Shown one piece after another: positions 18,773-29,210 of a DNA stretch of 38,055 nt (position 1 is its first letter; each line of letters begins with the position of its first letter). The DNA comes from Pseudomonadota bacterium. Its GTDB lineage: Bacteria; Pseudomonadota; Gammaproteobacteria; Burkholderiales; JALYOK01. The stretch lies in NCBI GenBank assembly GCA_031380185.1, contig JANNFT010000292.1:1-38055 (forward strand), given 5' to 3'. The position numbers were made by a program, and so were the translations under genes. The notes beneath the pieces were generated by a model. The model saw only the letters and a list, made by a program, of their open reading frames with translations, was not told where the DNA came from and ran no database searches.

Positions 18773-18785
18773 TAAGTATTTGATT
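18773..18785 (-). promoter_or_regulatory. Possible IHF site
   Basis: AATCAAATACTTA matches WATCAA-N4-TTR and lies in an AT-rich divergent intergenic region. Confidence 0.45.
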
Positions 18786-18868
18786 TGCATTGAGGTGAAA
18801 TTGTCGCTAATAAGAGACGTTCCGCGCCGAATCGTCGAAAAACTATCCCGCTAAATCTATTGGAACCT

Positions 18869-20017
18869 ATGGATCCCATCACCCGACTGATTCACGCTGG
18901 CCAAGAACTCGACGCAGCGTATAACAGCATTACCGCGCCGCTTTACCAAACCTCGGTATTCCGCTACGAAGCGCTCGGCCAAAGCAAGGGTTACGAATAT
19001 TCGCGCGCCGGCAATCCGACACGGCACATTTTAGAAAGCCTGATCTCGGACCTCGAAGGCGGCGCTGGCGCAGTGGCCTGCGCGACAGGCGTAGCAACGT
19101 TTAGCGCGGTGCTGGCGGCGTTTCATGGCAACATCCACGTCATCGTAAGTCACGACTGCTACGGCGGCGCCGCGCGACTTTTAGGCCTGATGCAGGAGCA
19201 GGGCAAGCTGACATTTTCCTTTGTGAATTTGAATGACCTCGCCGCCGTTGACGCGGCGATTCTGCCGCAAACTCAAATCGTGTGGGCGGAGTCTCCGACT
19301 AATCCACTCTTAAATATCGTAGATTTCAGCCAGTTGGGCCGGTTTTGTGCGCAGAAGAAATTGACGCTGATTGTCGACAACACCTTTATGACGCCGCTGC
19401 TGCAACGGCCATTCGATTTCGGCGCCGACATCGTGATGCATTCGACCACCAAATACATCAATGGTCACGCCGATGTGATCAGTGGCGTTGTGGTGGCGCG
19501 CAGTAAGGAACATTTGAAAAAAATTCAGTTTGCCGCGAAAACCTATGGCTTTGCCGCGGCTCCGTTCGATTGCTGGCTCACCCTGCGTGGCAGTAAAACG
19601 CTGCCGCTGCGCTTGATGCAGCACCAGGCGAACGCCGCGGTTGTCGCGGAATTTTTGCGTAATCAGTCGCAAGTTGCAGAAACCTATTATCCGGGCCTAC
19701 CGAGTCATCCCGGCCACGAAATCGCAAAACGCCAACAGAAAGGTTTTGGCGGCGTTGTATCGTTAAAGTTGCGCGGCGGCTTCGCGGCGGCGAAGGCAAT
19801 GGCGAATTCGACCAAAGTATTCGGCATTGCCGATTCCCTTGGTGGCGTGGAATCGACCATCAGCCATTCCGCCACGATGAGCCACGCCGGCATGCCGAAA
19901 GCGCAACGCGAAATTGCCGGCATTACCGATGGCGTGGTTCGGCTTTCAGTGGGAATCGAAGCGATTGACGATTTGCTCGCCGACCTCGCTCAAGCGTTGA
20001 ATCAAATCGCAGCATAA
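18869..20017 (+). CDS. PLP-dependent transsulfuration enzyme (cystathionine gamma-synthase/lyase family)
   Basis: YSRAGNPT, ESPTNP, DNTF, HSTTKYINGH (PLP Lys), SLGGVES and RLSVGIE motifs. Confidence 0.93.
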   Translation: MDPITRLIHAGQELDAAYNSITAPLYQTSVFRYEALGQSKGYEYSRAGNPTRHILESLISDLEGGAGAVACATGVATFSAVLAAFHGNIHVIVSHDCYGGAARLLGLMQEQGKLTFSFVNLNDLAAVDAAILPQTQIVWAESPTNPLLNIVDFSQLGRFCAQKKLTLIVDNTFMTPLLQRPFDFGADIVMHSTTKYINGHADVISGVVVARSKEHLKKIQFAAKTYGFAAAPFDCWLTLRGSKTLPLRLMQHQANAAVVAEFLRNQSQVAETYYPGLPSHPGHEIAKRQQKGFGGVVSLKLRGGFAAAKAMANSTKVFGIADSLGGVESTISHSATMSHAGMPKAQREIAGITDGVVRLSVGIEAIDDLLADLAQALNQIAA

Positions 20018-20100
20018 GCCGCGGTCTCTCTCAATGTCGTAACGATGTCCTGGACGCCGCTCCAGTATTGGCTCGCAGGCCATCGACGGCAGATTGAGCG

Positions 20101-21408
20101 CTACGCGTCACGTGCGAGGCGGATGCCGCTAAATTGCCAGCGTGCCTCGGGTGGAAAGAAGTTGCGATAACTCGCGCGAATGTGCGACTGCGGCGTTACG
20201 CAGGATCCGCCTCTTAGCACCATCTGGTTAGACATGAATTTGCCGTTGTATTCACCGAGCGCGCCGGCCGAGGTATTGAAACCGGGGTACGGCAAGTAAG
20301 CGCTGCCAGTCCATTCCCACGTGTCGCCAAACATTTTTCGTGGCGATGGCTGCATTTGATTCGCAGCCATCGGCTTGGGATGAAAGCGGCGGCTCTCGAC
20401 GAAGTTTCCAATTCGTTCAACATTCGATGCGGCGTGCTCCCATTCCGCCTCCGTCGGCAATCGCGCCGCCGCGAAACGTGCAAAGGCGTCGGCTTCGTAG
20501 TAGCTAACGTGACAGACCGGTTCGTTAAGGTTAAGCGGTAAAAATCCGTTTAGCGTATGGGTATGCCACTCGCCTTGCCGGCGCTCCCAGTACAGGGGCT
20601 GGCGCCAACCCTCTGCGCGAATTTTGTTCCAGCCGTCGGACAGCCAAAACTCGGGCCGCTGGTAACCGCCGGCATCGATGAACGCCAGGTATTCGGCGTT
20701 GCTCACCGGGCGAGAAGCCAATTGAAACGGCGTCAAATGAAACTTATGCGCCGGGCCCTCATTGTCAAATGCGAAACCGTCGCCGTCATGGCCGAGATTG
20801 ACCAAGCCACCCGCATAGCCTTGCCAATCCATGTTCGGTGGAGTTGGAGAAGGCTCGGCCAAGGATTTTTGGTATACCGGGTGCAATGGATTGAACGAGA
20901 ATAAATGTTTGATGTCGGTCAAGATTAATTCTTGGTGCTGTTGCTCGTGATTCAAACCCAATTCAATTGCGCCAGATAGCCTGTCGGAGAGGGGCTGCTT
21001 CTGCGCGAGAAGCACCTTCATGAACTGTTCGACATGGATGCGATATTGCATGACTTCTTCTAAATTCGGGCGTGTCAGCAAGGCGCGGCGCGGGCGCGAA
21101 TACTGTTCGCCGACGGTCTGATAATAGGAATTGAACAACACGCGAAAGGCGGGGTTGAAAATTCGGTAATCCGGCAGCGCCGACTCGAGGATAAATGTCT
21201 CGAAGAACCAACTGGTGTGCGCCAAATGCCATTTCGCCGGACTGCATTCAGGCATCGATTGCAGCGCGCAGTCCTCGGCGGACAGGGGCGCCGTCAATGC
21301 TTCAGTGGCGCGGCGAACGGCGTCGAATCGTAGTGAAAGCGACGACTCGGATAGCGCCGGTGCATCGTTTCGCTTGCTGCGGGTAACTAAGTCGAGAGCG
21401 GGACGCAA
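20101..21408 (-). CDS. egtB: Ergothioneine sulfoxide synthase EgtB (DinB + FGE-like domains)
   Basis: SPAKWHLAHTSWFFE, HEQQHQEL (Fe ligands), GEYNGKFM and YRNFF motifs; AAGGA RBS before the TTG. Confidence 0.92.
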   Translation of the reverse strand: MRPALDLVTRSKRNDAPALSESSLSLRFDAVRRATEALTAPLSAEDCALQSMPECSPAKWHLAHTSWFFETFILESALPDYRIFNPAFRVLFNSYYQTVGEQYSRPRRALLTRPNLEEVMQYRIHVEQFMKVLLAQKQPLSDRLSGAIELGLNHEQQHQELILTDIKHLFSFNPLHPVYQKSLAEPSPTPPNMDWQGYAGGLVNLGHDGDGFAFDNEGPAHKFHLTPFQLASRPVSNAEYLAFIDAGGYQRPEFWLSDGWNKIRAEGWRQPLYWERRQGEWHTHTLNGFLPLNLNEPVCHVSYYEADAFARFAAARLPTEAEWEHAASNVERIGNFVESRRFHPKPMAANQMQPSPRKMFGDTWEWTGSAYLPYPGFNTSAGALGEYNGKFMSNQMVLRGGSCVTPQSHIRASYRNFFPPEARWQFSGIRLARDA

Positions 21409-21486
21409 ATTATTTCCTTTGCATTGTTTAGCGGTTTGTCTTGCTATAAGCGTTGACCTTACATTTTTGCTGTTCTCCAGCGGCGA

Positions 21487-22803
21487 TCACAAGGTAAATT
21501 TCAGCGCCGCTACCAAGGCGCCGGGTAACCGCACGCTCTGGGTCGAGCGCGATCCATACGTCGACGCATCAAGCATGTAGTCCTGCTCTCGGGTGAGATC
21601 AAGCAGGTTATCGCCGAGCAAGCGGTACGCCGTGTCATCAAAACGCATCACGTTTACCGGTGCGACAATTTTGCCATGTTTTACCCAAAATGTCGCAAAG
21701 CGCGTCATACCGGTCAGACGGCAGGCGCGGCGGTCGGAAAAATTGAGGTACCACAAATTGTTGATTAGCAGACCCGTATCCAGTGCCGCGACGGCATCGG
21801 CGTTGCGAAGATTACCTGAACTCAGTTCCAGCGCCTCAGGGCTTTCGCTACTGTTGGCGCCATTGCCGATCAACGCATATTTCTGCGCCGTGCGCGGAGC
21901 AATTAACGGGTCGGCCAACTGTCCGCGATCTATTAGTGTGACTTGCGGTGGCTTGGTGAAGCCATCACTTTGAAACCCCGGCGCGATGCCGTCGATGGTA
22001 TTTTCGCGCAGCGAGATTTTGCTGCTCAAACGAGTGCCTTGCTCCATCTTGATCAACGGGCTTTGCTTGGTGTGCCGCGCTTTCGCCGACAGTCCGCCCC
22101 AGGCAAGCATGCCGACGATTTCCTCGATCGCGCGCGGCGCCAGAAATACGCGGTATTCGCCCGGCGCTATGGTGATGGCCGGGCGCTGCAGGATGGCCAA
22201 TTGATCGACCGCGGTTCGCATCTTCAACTGCAATTCATCGACGTTCCAGTCGAATCCCGCATAACTCGATTTCACTGCTTTGTCCGCTTGATAATACAGA
22301 CTCCACTCGAAGTCGAAGTTTTCAACTTCGTGCCAATTTCGCTGGCCGAAAGAATTCGCAAAACCGCGAAACATGGACCCAGCAGCATAGATGCCGACCA
22401 AGTCGAGCCCGCGCGCGCCCGTGACAATTTGCTCCACAACAGCGACCGGGGCAGTGGCCGCGCCGCCGCGTTTGCTTTCACTCGAATGGACTTCGGTGGC
22501 GTAGAGTAAGTAAGGGTCTTGCGGCAAATCCTCAATCACGTCGCGTAATTCGGCCAGCGCGTGTTTCGCCAGCGCGAAGTCTTCGCCGCCGCCGGTCAGC
22601 GCTAACGAACTGCTCGCCTGCCTACCATTTAAGATCAAACGCAAACTTAAGTAGCGCTGTTGCACGTTTCCCGCCTGACGAATTTTGCCGTGATTGAAAC
22701 GCACGAAGTCCGAGCGTTCGCCGGAAAACCAACAGGTGAATATTTCGGCGCCGCGCAACTCGGCAGTGAGGAAATCCGCTAAAGCGAAGAAATGGTTTTG
22801 CAA
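21487..22803 (-). CDS. TldE/PmbA-like non-catalytic subunit
   Basis: RFNHGKIRQ, PGEYRVFLAP and TGMTRFATF motifs; no HExxH; abuts the tldD-like gene. Confidence 0.85.
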   Translation of the reverse strand: MQNHFFALADFLTAELRGAEIFTCWFSGERSDFVRFNHGKIRQAGNVQQRYLSLRLILNGRQASSSLALTGGGEDFALAKHALAELRDVIEDLPQDPYLLYATEVHSSESKRGGAATAPVAVVEQIVTGARGLDLVGIYAAGSMFRGFANSFGQRNWHEVENFDFEWSLYYQADKAVKSSYAGFDWNVDELQLKMRTAVDQLAILQRPAITIAPGEYRVFLAPRAIEEIVGMLAWGGLSAKARHTKQSPLIKMEQGTRLSSKISLRENTIDGIAPGFQSDGFTKPPQVTLIDRGQLADPLIAPRTAQKYALIGNGANSSESPEALELSSGNLRNADAVAALDTGLLINNLWYLNFSDRRACRLTGMTRFATFWVKHGKIVAPVNVMRFDDTAYRLLGDNLLDLTREQDYMLDASTYGSRSTQSVRLPGALVAALKFTL

Positions 22804-24225
22804 TTAATCTTCTCCGCCGAAAACATCGACGTCGGAAAAAACGCACGGCGGCGCCGCGTGGCCAACGTGAATCGCTTGGTTCGGCTCGCCCTTGCCGCAA
22901 AATTGTGTGCCGTGAACTTCGAAACTTGCGGCATTGCCGACCATCTTTAAGTTGCGCCAAAACGTCGCCGAGATGCCGCGGTAGTTCGGATTTTTTACGA
23001 CGCTTGTAAGTTTGCCGCTCTCGATCAGTTGTCCCCATTCGCAACCGAACTGAAATTTATTGCGTGAATCGTCAATCGACCACGAAACGTTGGTGGTCAT
23101 CAAAATGCCGCGCTCAATGTTCGCGATCATGTCATCAACGCTTGAAGCACCCGGCTCGATGTTGAGATTCGCCATGCGATCGATCGGCGCGCGATTCCAA
23201 CTCGACGCCCGGGAATTTGCGACGCCCGGCTTGCCGGCACGGTTTTGCGAGACATGTCCGCCAAGCGAATTCTCGAGTATCCCGGCGCGAATCAGGAAGG
23301 TTTTTTCTGCGCGCGATCCTTCGTCGTCGTAAGCGAAGGACGCCAGTTCCTCCGGCCGCGATGGATCGTAGGTGACATTCAATAATGGCGAACCGTAGCG
23401 GTATTTGCCGAACATATCGAGCGTCACGAAGCTGGCGCCGGCGTAATTGCGTTCATCGCCGAGGATGCGATCGAGCTCGAGCGGATGTCCAATGGATTCA
23501 TGAATCTGCAACATCATTTGCTCGGGCAGCAACAATAGATCCATTTTCCCGCTCGGGCAATTGGCTGCGAGCAAGAGCTGGAGCGCTTCTTCAGCCAGTC
23601 GTTGGCCGCAGCCGATGAATTTGGCACGCGCCAAAATATCCGCCCCGCCTTGTTGTGCAAAGCCGAGACTGCGAGTTTGCGTCATGCTGCCATGATTGGC
23701 GACGACGTAGGCGTGAGGAATGGTGTAGCGAAATTGTTGGTGAATTTCCGCGCCGCTATTGCTCAAATAGAGTTGCTCGCTATTGATGACATTGAGGCTG
23801 GTGTAGCGATCAACAATGCGATCGTCGATCTTGGCGGCGTGACATTCTGTCGCGAGCACTTGGTATAGCTCGCGCCGCGTACCGAGCGCAGCGGAAGAAG
23901 GCGGCGCGCTCCAACTGCCGCGCGCGTTAGGCATATTGCTGGGATCGTAGGCGATTACGCTCGCATTTCGCGTTGCGTTTGCCCATTCGCCGGCGCGATC
24001 GAGCGCAGCCTGCAGCCCGGCCGGCGACAAGTCGCTGGTCGCCGCGTAGCCGCAACCGCCGGAGACCATGGCTGTCAGCATGGCGCCGCGATCATTCGAT
24101 AATTGTGGCGGCTCGGCGACATCGTCGCGCACTGCAAGCATCTCCGATTTTTCTTTGACATAACGCAGCGACCAAAACGGCGCGGCGGATTTAAGCGAGG
24201 CAAAATCTTTTACGATTTCATTCAT
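22804..24225 (-). CDS. tldD: TldD-family metalloprotease
   Basis: HESIGHPLE zinc motif, DDEG, RMAN and CGKG (Cys ligand). Confidence 0.9.
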   Translation of the reverse strand: MNEIVKDFASLKSAAPFWSLRYVKEKSEMLAVRDDVAEPPQLSNDRGAMLTAMVSGGCGYAATSDLSPAGLQAALDRAGEWANATRNASVIAYDPSNMPNARGSWSAPPSSAALGTRRELYQVLATECHAAKIDDRIVDRYTSLNVINSEQLYLSNSGAEIHQQFRYTIPHAYVVANHGSMTQTRSLGFAQQGGADILARAKFIGCGQRLAEEALQLLLAANCPSGKMDLLLLPEQMMLQIHESIGHPLELDRILGDERNYAGASFVTLDMFGKYRYGSPLLNVTYDPSRPEELASFAYDDEGSRAEKTFLIRAGILENSLGGHVSQNRAGKPGVANSRASSWNRAPIDRMANLNIEPGASSVDDMIANIERGILMTTNVSWSIDDSRNKFQFGCEWGQLIESGKLTSVVKNPNYRGISATFWRNLKMVGNAASFEVHGTQFCGKGEPNQAIHVGHAAPPCVFSDVDVFGGED

Positions 24226-24283
24226 GACGATTCAGATTATTTTAGGCATTGGCCGGTGAGGCAATTCGGGCGCGGTTGCTGGC

Positions 24284-24356
24284 GCTATCCCCGCGCAGAC
24301 GGGAAATCGCGGTAACTTTATCCGGCTAAACGGATTCCCGCCGGCGCGGAAATGAC
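24284..24356. repeat. Degenerate inverted REP-like dyad (GTCATTCCCGCG..GCGGGAATC type)
   Basis: GCTATCCCCGCGCAGACGGGAAATC (24284-24308) and GGATTCCCGCCGGCGCGGAAATGAC (24332-24356) are in inverted orientation just after the ppa stop. Confidence 0.6.
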
Positions 24357-24358
24357 AG

Positions 24359-24907
24359 CTAATACAGCGGTTTTTCTTTCGCAACTTGATAACTTTCCAC
24401 GCCATCGAGAATTTCCGTCTTGGCTTCTTCCGCGCCGACCCAACCTTCGACCCTGACCCACTTGCCGGGTTCCAAGTCTTTATAGTGTTGGAAGAAATGC
24501 GAGATTTGTGCCAGCGTCTGTTCGGGAAAGTCGCGCGGCGATTCTATGTTTCGATACAGGTTACACAGCTTATCGACGGGCACCGCGAGCAGCTTGGCAT
24601 CGCCGCCCGCTTCGTCCGTCATCTTCAACATGCCAATCGGACGGCAACGCACCACCACGCCGGAAATCAATGGCACCGGCGTGACTACCAGCACATCGAC
24701 GGGATCGCCATCTTTCGACAGCGTTTTCGGAATGTAGCCGTAGTTGCACGGATAGTGCATCGCGGTGGACATGAAGCGATCGACAAACATCGCGCCAGTG
24801 GTTTTGTCGAGTTCGTATTTGATCGGCTCGCCACGCATCGGAATTTCGATGACGACATTGAAGTCATTCGGCAAATCCCGGCCGGCGGGTACGCGGTCTA
24901 AGTTCAT
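24359..24907 (-). CDS. ppa: Inorganic pyrophosphatase (family I)
   Basis: KYE, YPCNYG, DGDPVDV and FFQHYKDLE motifs. Confidence 0.97.
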   Translation of the reverse strand: MNLDRVPAGRDLPNDFNVVIEIPMRGEPIKYELDKTTGAMFVDRFMSTAMHYPCNYGYIPKTLSKDGDPVDVLVVTPVPLISGVVVRCRPIGMLKMTDEAGGDAKLLAVPVDKLCNLYRNIESPRDFPEQTLAQISHFFQHYKDLEPGKWVRVEGWVGAEEAKTEILDGVESYQVAKEKPLY

Positions 24908-25029
24908 ATTTTTATCACAATTGGGAGGCGAAACGAGGGCTTAATGCTACACGGAGTTGCTGTGCCGGCCAAATCGCATTGTCGGCGCGATTGCCATTGC
25001 GGCGAAATTCTGTCTCAATAGCGTCTTAG

Positions 25030-26229
<1,200 letters not shown>

Positions 26230-26266
26230 GGCCGGAACGGAGCCAGAGGCGCATTAATATTGCCTC

Positions 26267-26707
26267 TCAGGATGCGCCTGGCTGACGCGACTTAACGTTA
26301 CGAAATACCGGACCCCATTGCGGGTGCCCCGCTTCGGCGGGCGCGAGGTCGAAGCGTGGATCGACTGCGAGCGCTTTGCTAAATTCGTCGCGGCATAGGT
26401 TCAATTTATTTGAAGTGCAATAGATAAATGCCAAATGTTTGTGCGCAATGATTTGTTTTGCCGAAGGTAGTCCCGATTCGAGTGCTTGCGACAGCATGGC
26501 TGCCGCGCGTTTGTATAGTCCCTGATCGTATTGCTTCAACCCAATTTCCAACGATTGTTCACCTTTGCGCGTTGCGATTTGCGATTGGCCCAGACTTAAT
26601 TCGACCACGGGCGCCGGCTTAGATTGAGTAAGGCCGCAACCCACCAACAGATAGATGAGGACGAAAACGCAATGTTGAACTATTTTCGGACGCACCGCCT
26701 TGCGCAA
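26267..26707 (-). CDS. TPR-like lipoprotein resembling the TssQ family
   Basis: Lipobox LVGC; AHKHLAFIYC-x7-C...FxLxPAEAGHPxWGPVF pattern, recognised from memory of the family. Confidence 0.75.
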   Translation of the reverse strand: MRKAVRPKIVQHCVFVLIYLLVGCGLTQSKPAPVVELSLGQSQIATRKGEQSLEIGLKQYDQGLYKRAAAMLSQALESGLPSAKQIIAHKHLAFIYCTSNKLNLCRDEFSKALAVDPRFDLAPAEAGHPQWGPVFRNVKSRQPGAS

Positions 26708-27859
26708 TTATTTGTCGAATCGATGGGAAATTTGTAACAGCGATTCGGGTTGAATATCGAGAGTGGTTTCGAACGGCAAAAAATCAGCATTGCGAACCAC
26801 AATCAGGCGCTTGCCTGGCGGCAGATCGATCTTGCGCAGTGGCGGCGTCACGCCAACTTTCTTGCCATCAACATAGATTTCCCCCCACGGCTTGATGGCG
26901 AGTTGCACGGTGACCGGGCGCATAGCCTGCGACTTAGGTGACGATTCAAGCGTATTATTGGCCCTAGGCGCGGTCGTTGCTTGCGTCGCACCGCTGACTG
27001 TTGTCGCAGCGATGAGTTTCTCCGTGATGGCGGCGGATTCGCGCTCCGGCGCCTTGAACTCAATTGCAGCTTTCGGCGCCGCTGGGAGCGGCTGGGTGGT
27101 GTTGGCCGCGGCGGTTTTTGCCGGGTTTTGAGGCGCCTGAACGAAAGGCGTGTTATTTGGAGCTTGCGCATAAAAAATGGCAATGGCGCCAGTCACCACC
27201 AACGCCGAGGCGGCGATGGCGCTCCAACGTGCGCGGCCGCGACGAGCGGTGTAGTCCAGCGCGGCAGGCAGGTTGGCCGCTGGCAGCTCGGCTCTCGTCA
27301 GCGTCGTCTCTGGCCGCGCGATTTGATAGACCGCAAAAGATAGATCTCGCTCATCGGTGACGAACGCTTTGTGGCGCAACAGTCTGTCATCCATGGACGC
27401 GCGCGATAGGACCGTATAATACGAGCGTGACATCAAGATTTCGCGCAGCGATCCGGCGCGAGCGACACGCTCGGCGTCATCGATCCCTGAGCCGCTTACC
27501 CAAATTTCACTCATTTTATTGCGGGTCAGGGTCACTGGACCCAGGTTCACCCCTACGCGCAACGGCAAACTAGAATATCGTTGATCCGTTTCCAACGTCG
27601 CAGCGAGCCGCGTTGCAAGTCCGAGGCAATCACGCGGATCGCCGGGAAATATCAACACAATGCTGTTTTCGCGATCGACCACCTGTACGCTTTCGCTGCC
27701 TGACTCCGCCACCGCGCGCTCGAACAACTGGCGTGCGCGAGAAATGAGGTCGATCTGTTCAAATACAGGACGATCGTCATAGCCGGCGATTTCGGCCAAC
27801 ATGATGCTCGCGATGATTTGTTGGTAGTGCGGGACTAGATCGGAATGCAGTTGAGTCAT
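26708..27859 (-). CDS. Membrane protein: degenerate class III cyclase-like domain + TM + Pro/Ala linker + PEGA-like domain
   Basis: LAEIAGY...LRVGVNLGPV...GIDDAERV...EILMS; TM WSAIAASALVVTGAIAIFYA; C-terminal IKPWGEIYVDGKKVGVTPP. ATG 27859 lies 6 nt after AAGGGAG. Confidence 0.78.
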   Translation of the reverse strand: MTQLHSDLVPHYQQIIASIMLAEIAGYDDRPVFEQIDLISRARQLFERAVAESGSESVQVVDRENSIVLIFPGDPRDCLGLATRLAATLETDQRYSSLPLRVGVNLGPVTLTRNKMSEIWVSGSGIDDAERVARAGSLREILMSRSYYTVLSRASMDDRLLRHKAFVTDERDLSFAVYQIARPETTLTRAELPAANLPAALDYTARRGRARWSAIAASALVVTGAIAIFYAQAPNNTPFVQAPQNPAKTAAANTTQPLPAAPKAAIEFKAPERESAAITEKLIAATTVSGATQATTAPRANNTLESSPKSQAMRPVTVQLAIKPWGEIYVDGKKVGVTPPLRKIDLPPGKRLIVVRNADFLPFETTLDIQPESLLQISHRFDK

Positions 27860-28142
27860 TGGCATCTCCCTTCGGCAGCTTGCAGCGTTTTTGTTAGACC
27901 CGTCGCGCGGATCCAATTGATTTTCTTATTGCAGATATTATAACCCGAATATTACTTGCTTTAGGCAAGTAATAATATCCGAAAATACGCTTCATCCTAC
28001 GAAACGTAGGGCGCCTGAAACAGCGCATGGATACGGGGGGGGTGGCCTCGGGCAATTCCGATCGCGGCATGGCACTTGGAGAATCAAGCAGCGCACGGCG
28101 TCTGGCGTGGCGCTGACGATGCGTACTTATTTCGTCAAATTG

Positions 28143-28493
28143 TCAGCGGCTTTTTCCATGCGTTCCAACGCCAAATTGCGCAATTAGAGGCAGCTTAGGC
28201 TTTTCTGCGTCGCCGGATTCCGCTGCTGTTTCTTTCTGTTTCAGCCACTTAGCTTGTTTTTCCAATGCCGTCTGGTCGGTTTCGATGCTGCCGATTTCAG
28301 GCAGATCGGCTGGTTTTGCATGCGCCGGCGCGCCGGATTTGTCACCACTGTAGTGGGTTTTACCGTCTGTATCTTTCCATGTGTAAATCTTCTGCGGCGG
28401 TTGATTTTTGGCCTGAGACGGGATCAAATGATCACGATAAAAATATGCGCCGGCAGCCAATAAGATGACGGCGAAAACAGCCAGTTTATTCAT
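28143..28493 (-). CDS. DUF4124-domain exported protein
   Basis: N-terminal hydrophobic segment from MNKLAV, then IYTWKDTDGKTHYS. The 3' end is uncertain. Confidence 0.75.
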   Translation of the reverse strand: MNKLAVFAVILLAAGAYFYRDHLIPSQAKNQPPQKIYTWKDTDGKTHYSGDKSGAPAHAKPADLPEIGSIETDQTALEKQAKWLKQKETAAESGDAEKPKLPLIAQFGVGTHGKSR

Positions 28494-28558
28494 GGGCACG
28501 GCGCCTATGGTATCGCATCTCAAACCGAGGTAATAACCTCGTAAGCTTGGTGATTGCA

Positions 28559-29131
28559 CTAATTTAGCGTGCCGATATAGTGCACTAAGTTTTCGACGTC
28601 ATCATCGGTTAAGTTAGACGTGTAGGCGGTCATGTTGCCGGCATCGTTGGTGCGATTCCTCGCGCGAAAATCGATCAATTGTTTGCGAACGTAGTCGGGG
28701 TGTTGACCGGCCACTTTTGGGATTTCGTTCTGGCCAATAAATTCGCCTAGGTGACACATGGGACACAAGGCATCGTCGGCAATTTTTTTGCCGGCGGCGG
28801 CCCGCGCATTGTCCGACTTAAAGCTATGCGGTTTGAGTTTTTGCTCTGAAAAGTGTTTTGCCAGCGCCTGCATTTCATTTTTCTCCAGTTGCTTCGCGAT
28901 TGGGCTCATTAGGGGGTCATTGCGACGGCCCTCTTTAAAATCCTTCAGTTGCAAATACAAATAGCGCGCGTTCTGGCTTGCGAGATTGGGAAACGCCGCA
29001 GCCGGGGAGTTGCCATCGATGCCATGACAAACACCGCAAGTCGCGGGGCTGTTGACAGCCGCTGTTGGGTTCGCGGCAAATGCATTTAGGCTGATAGCTA
29101 GCAGCGACAATGCTAAGAATATTGTTTTCAT
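28559..29131 (-). CDS. Dihaem cytochrome c4-type protein
   Basis: Signal peptide, CGVCH and CPMCH, PxLAxQ repeats and Met ligands. Confidence 0.92.
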   Translation of the reverse strand: MKTIFLALSLLAISLNAFAANPTAAVNSPATCGVCHGIDGNSPAAAFPNLASQNARYLYLQLKDFKEGRRNDPLMSPIAKQLEKNEMQALAKHFSEQKLKPHSFKSDNARAAAGKKIADDALCPMCHLGEFIGQNEIPKVAGQHPDYVRKQLIDFRARNRTNDAGNMTAYTSNLTDDDVENLVHYIGTLN

Positions 29132-29155
29132 GTTAACGCGTAATCCTTAATTACG

Positions 29156-29181
29156 AAAAAGGCCGCTCCACCGGAGCGGCC
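29156..29181 (-). terminator. Intrinsic terminator/attenuator after the PQQ dehydrogenase
   Basis: The minus strand reads GGCCGCTCC-GGT-GGAGCGGCC followed by T5. Confidence 0.75.
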
Positions 29182-29210
29182 CTTCTATGACAAGCAGCTA
29201 GTCTTTAAGT

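Noticed and set aside
20101-21408. Selenoneine synthase SenA or ovothiol synthase OvoA
   Set aside because: The motifs are EgtB-type (SPxKWHLAH), there is no adjacent senB/selD, and there is no C-terminal methyltransferase.
26267-26707. Type VI secretion locus
   Set aside because: No tss core, hcp or vgrG genes are in the window.
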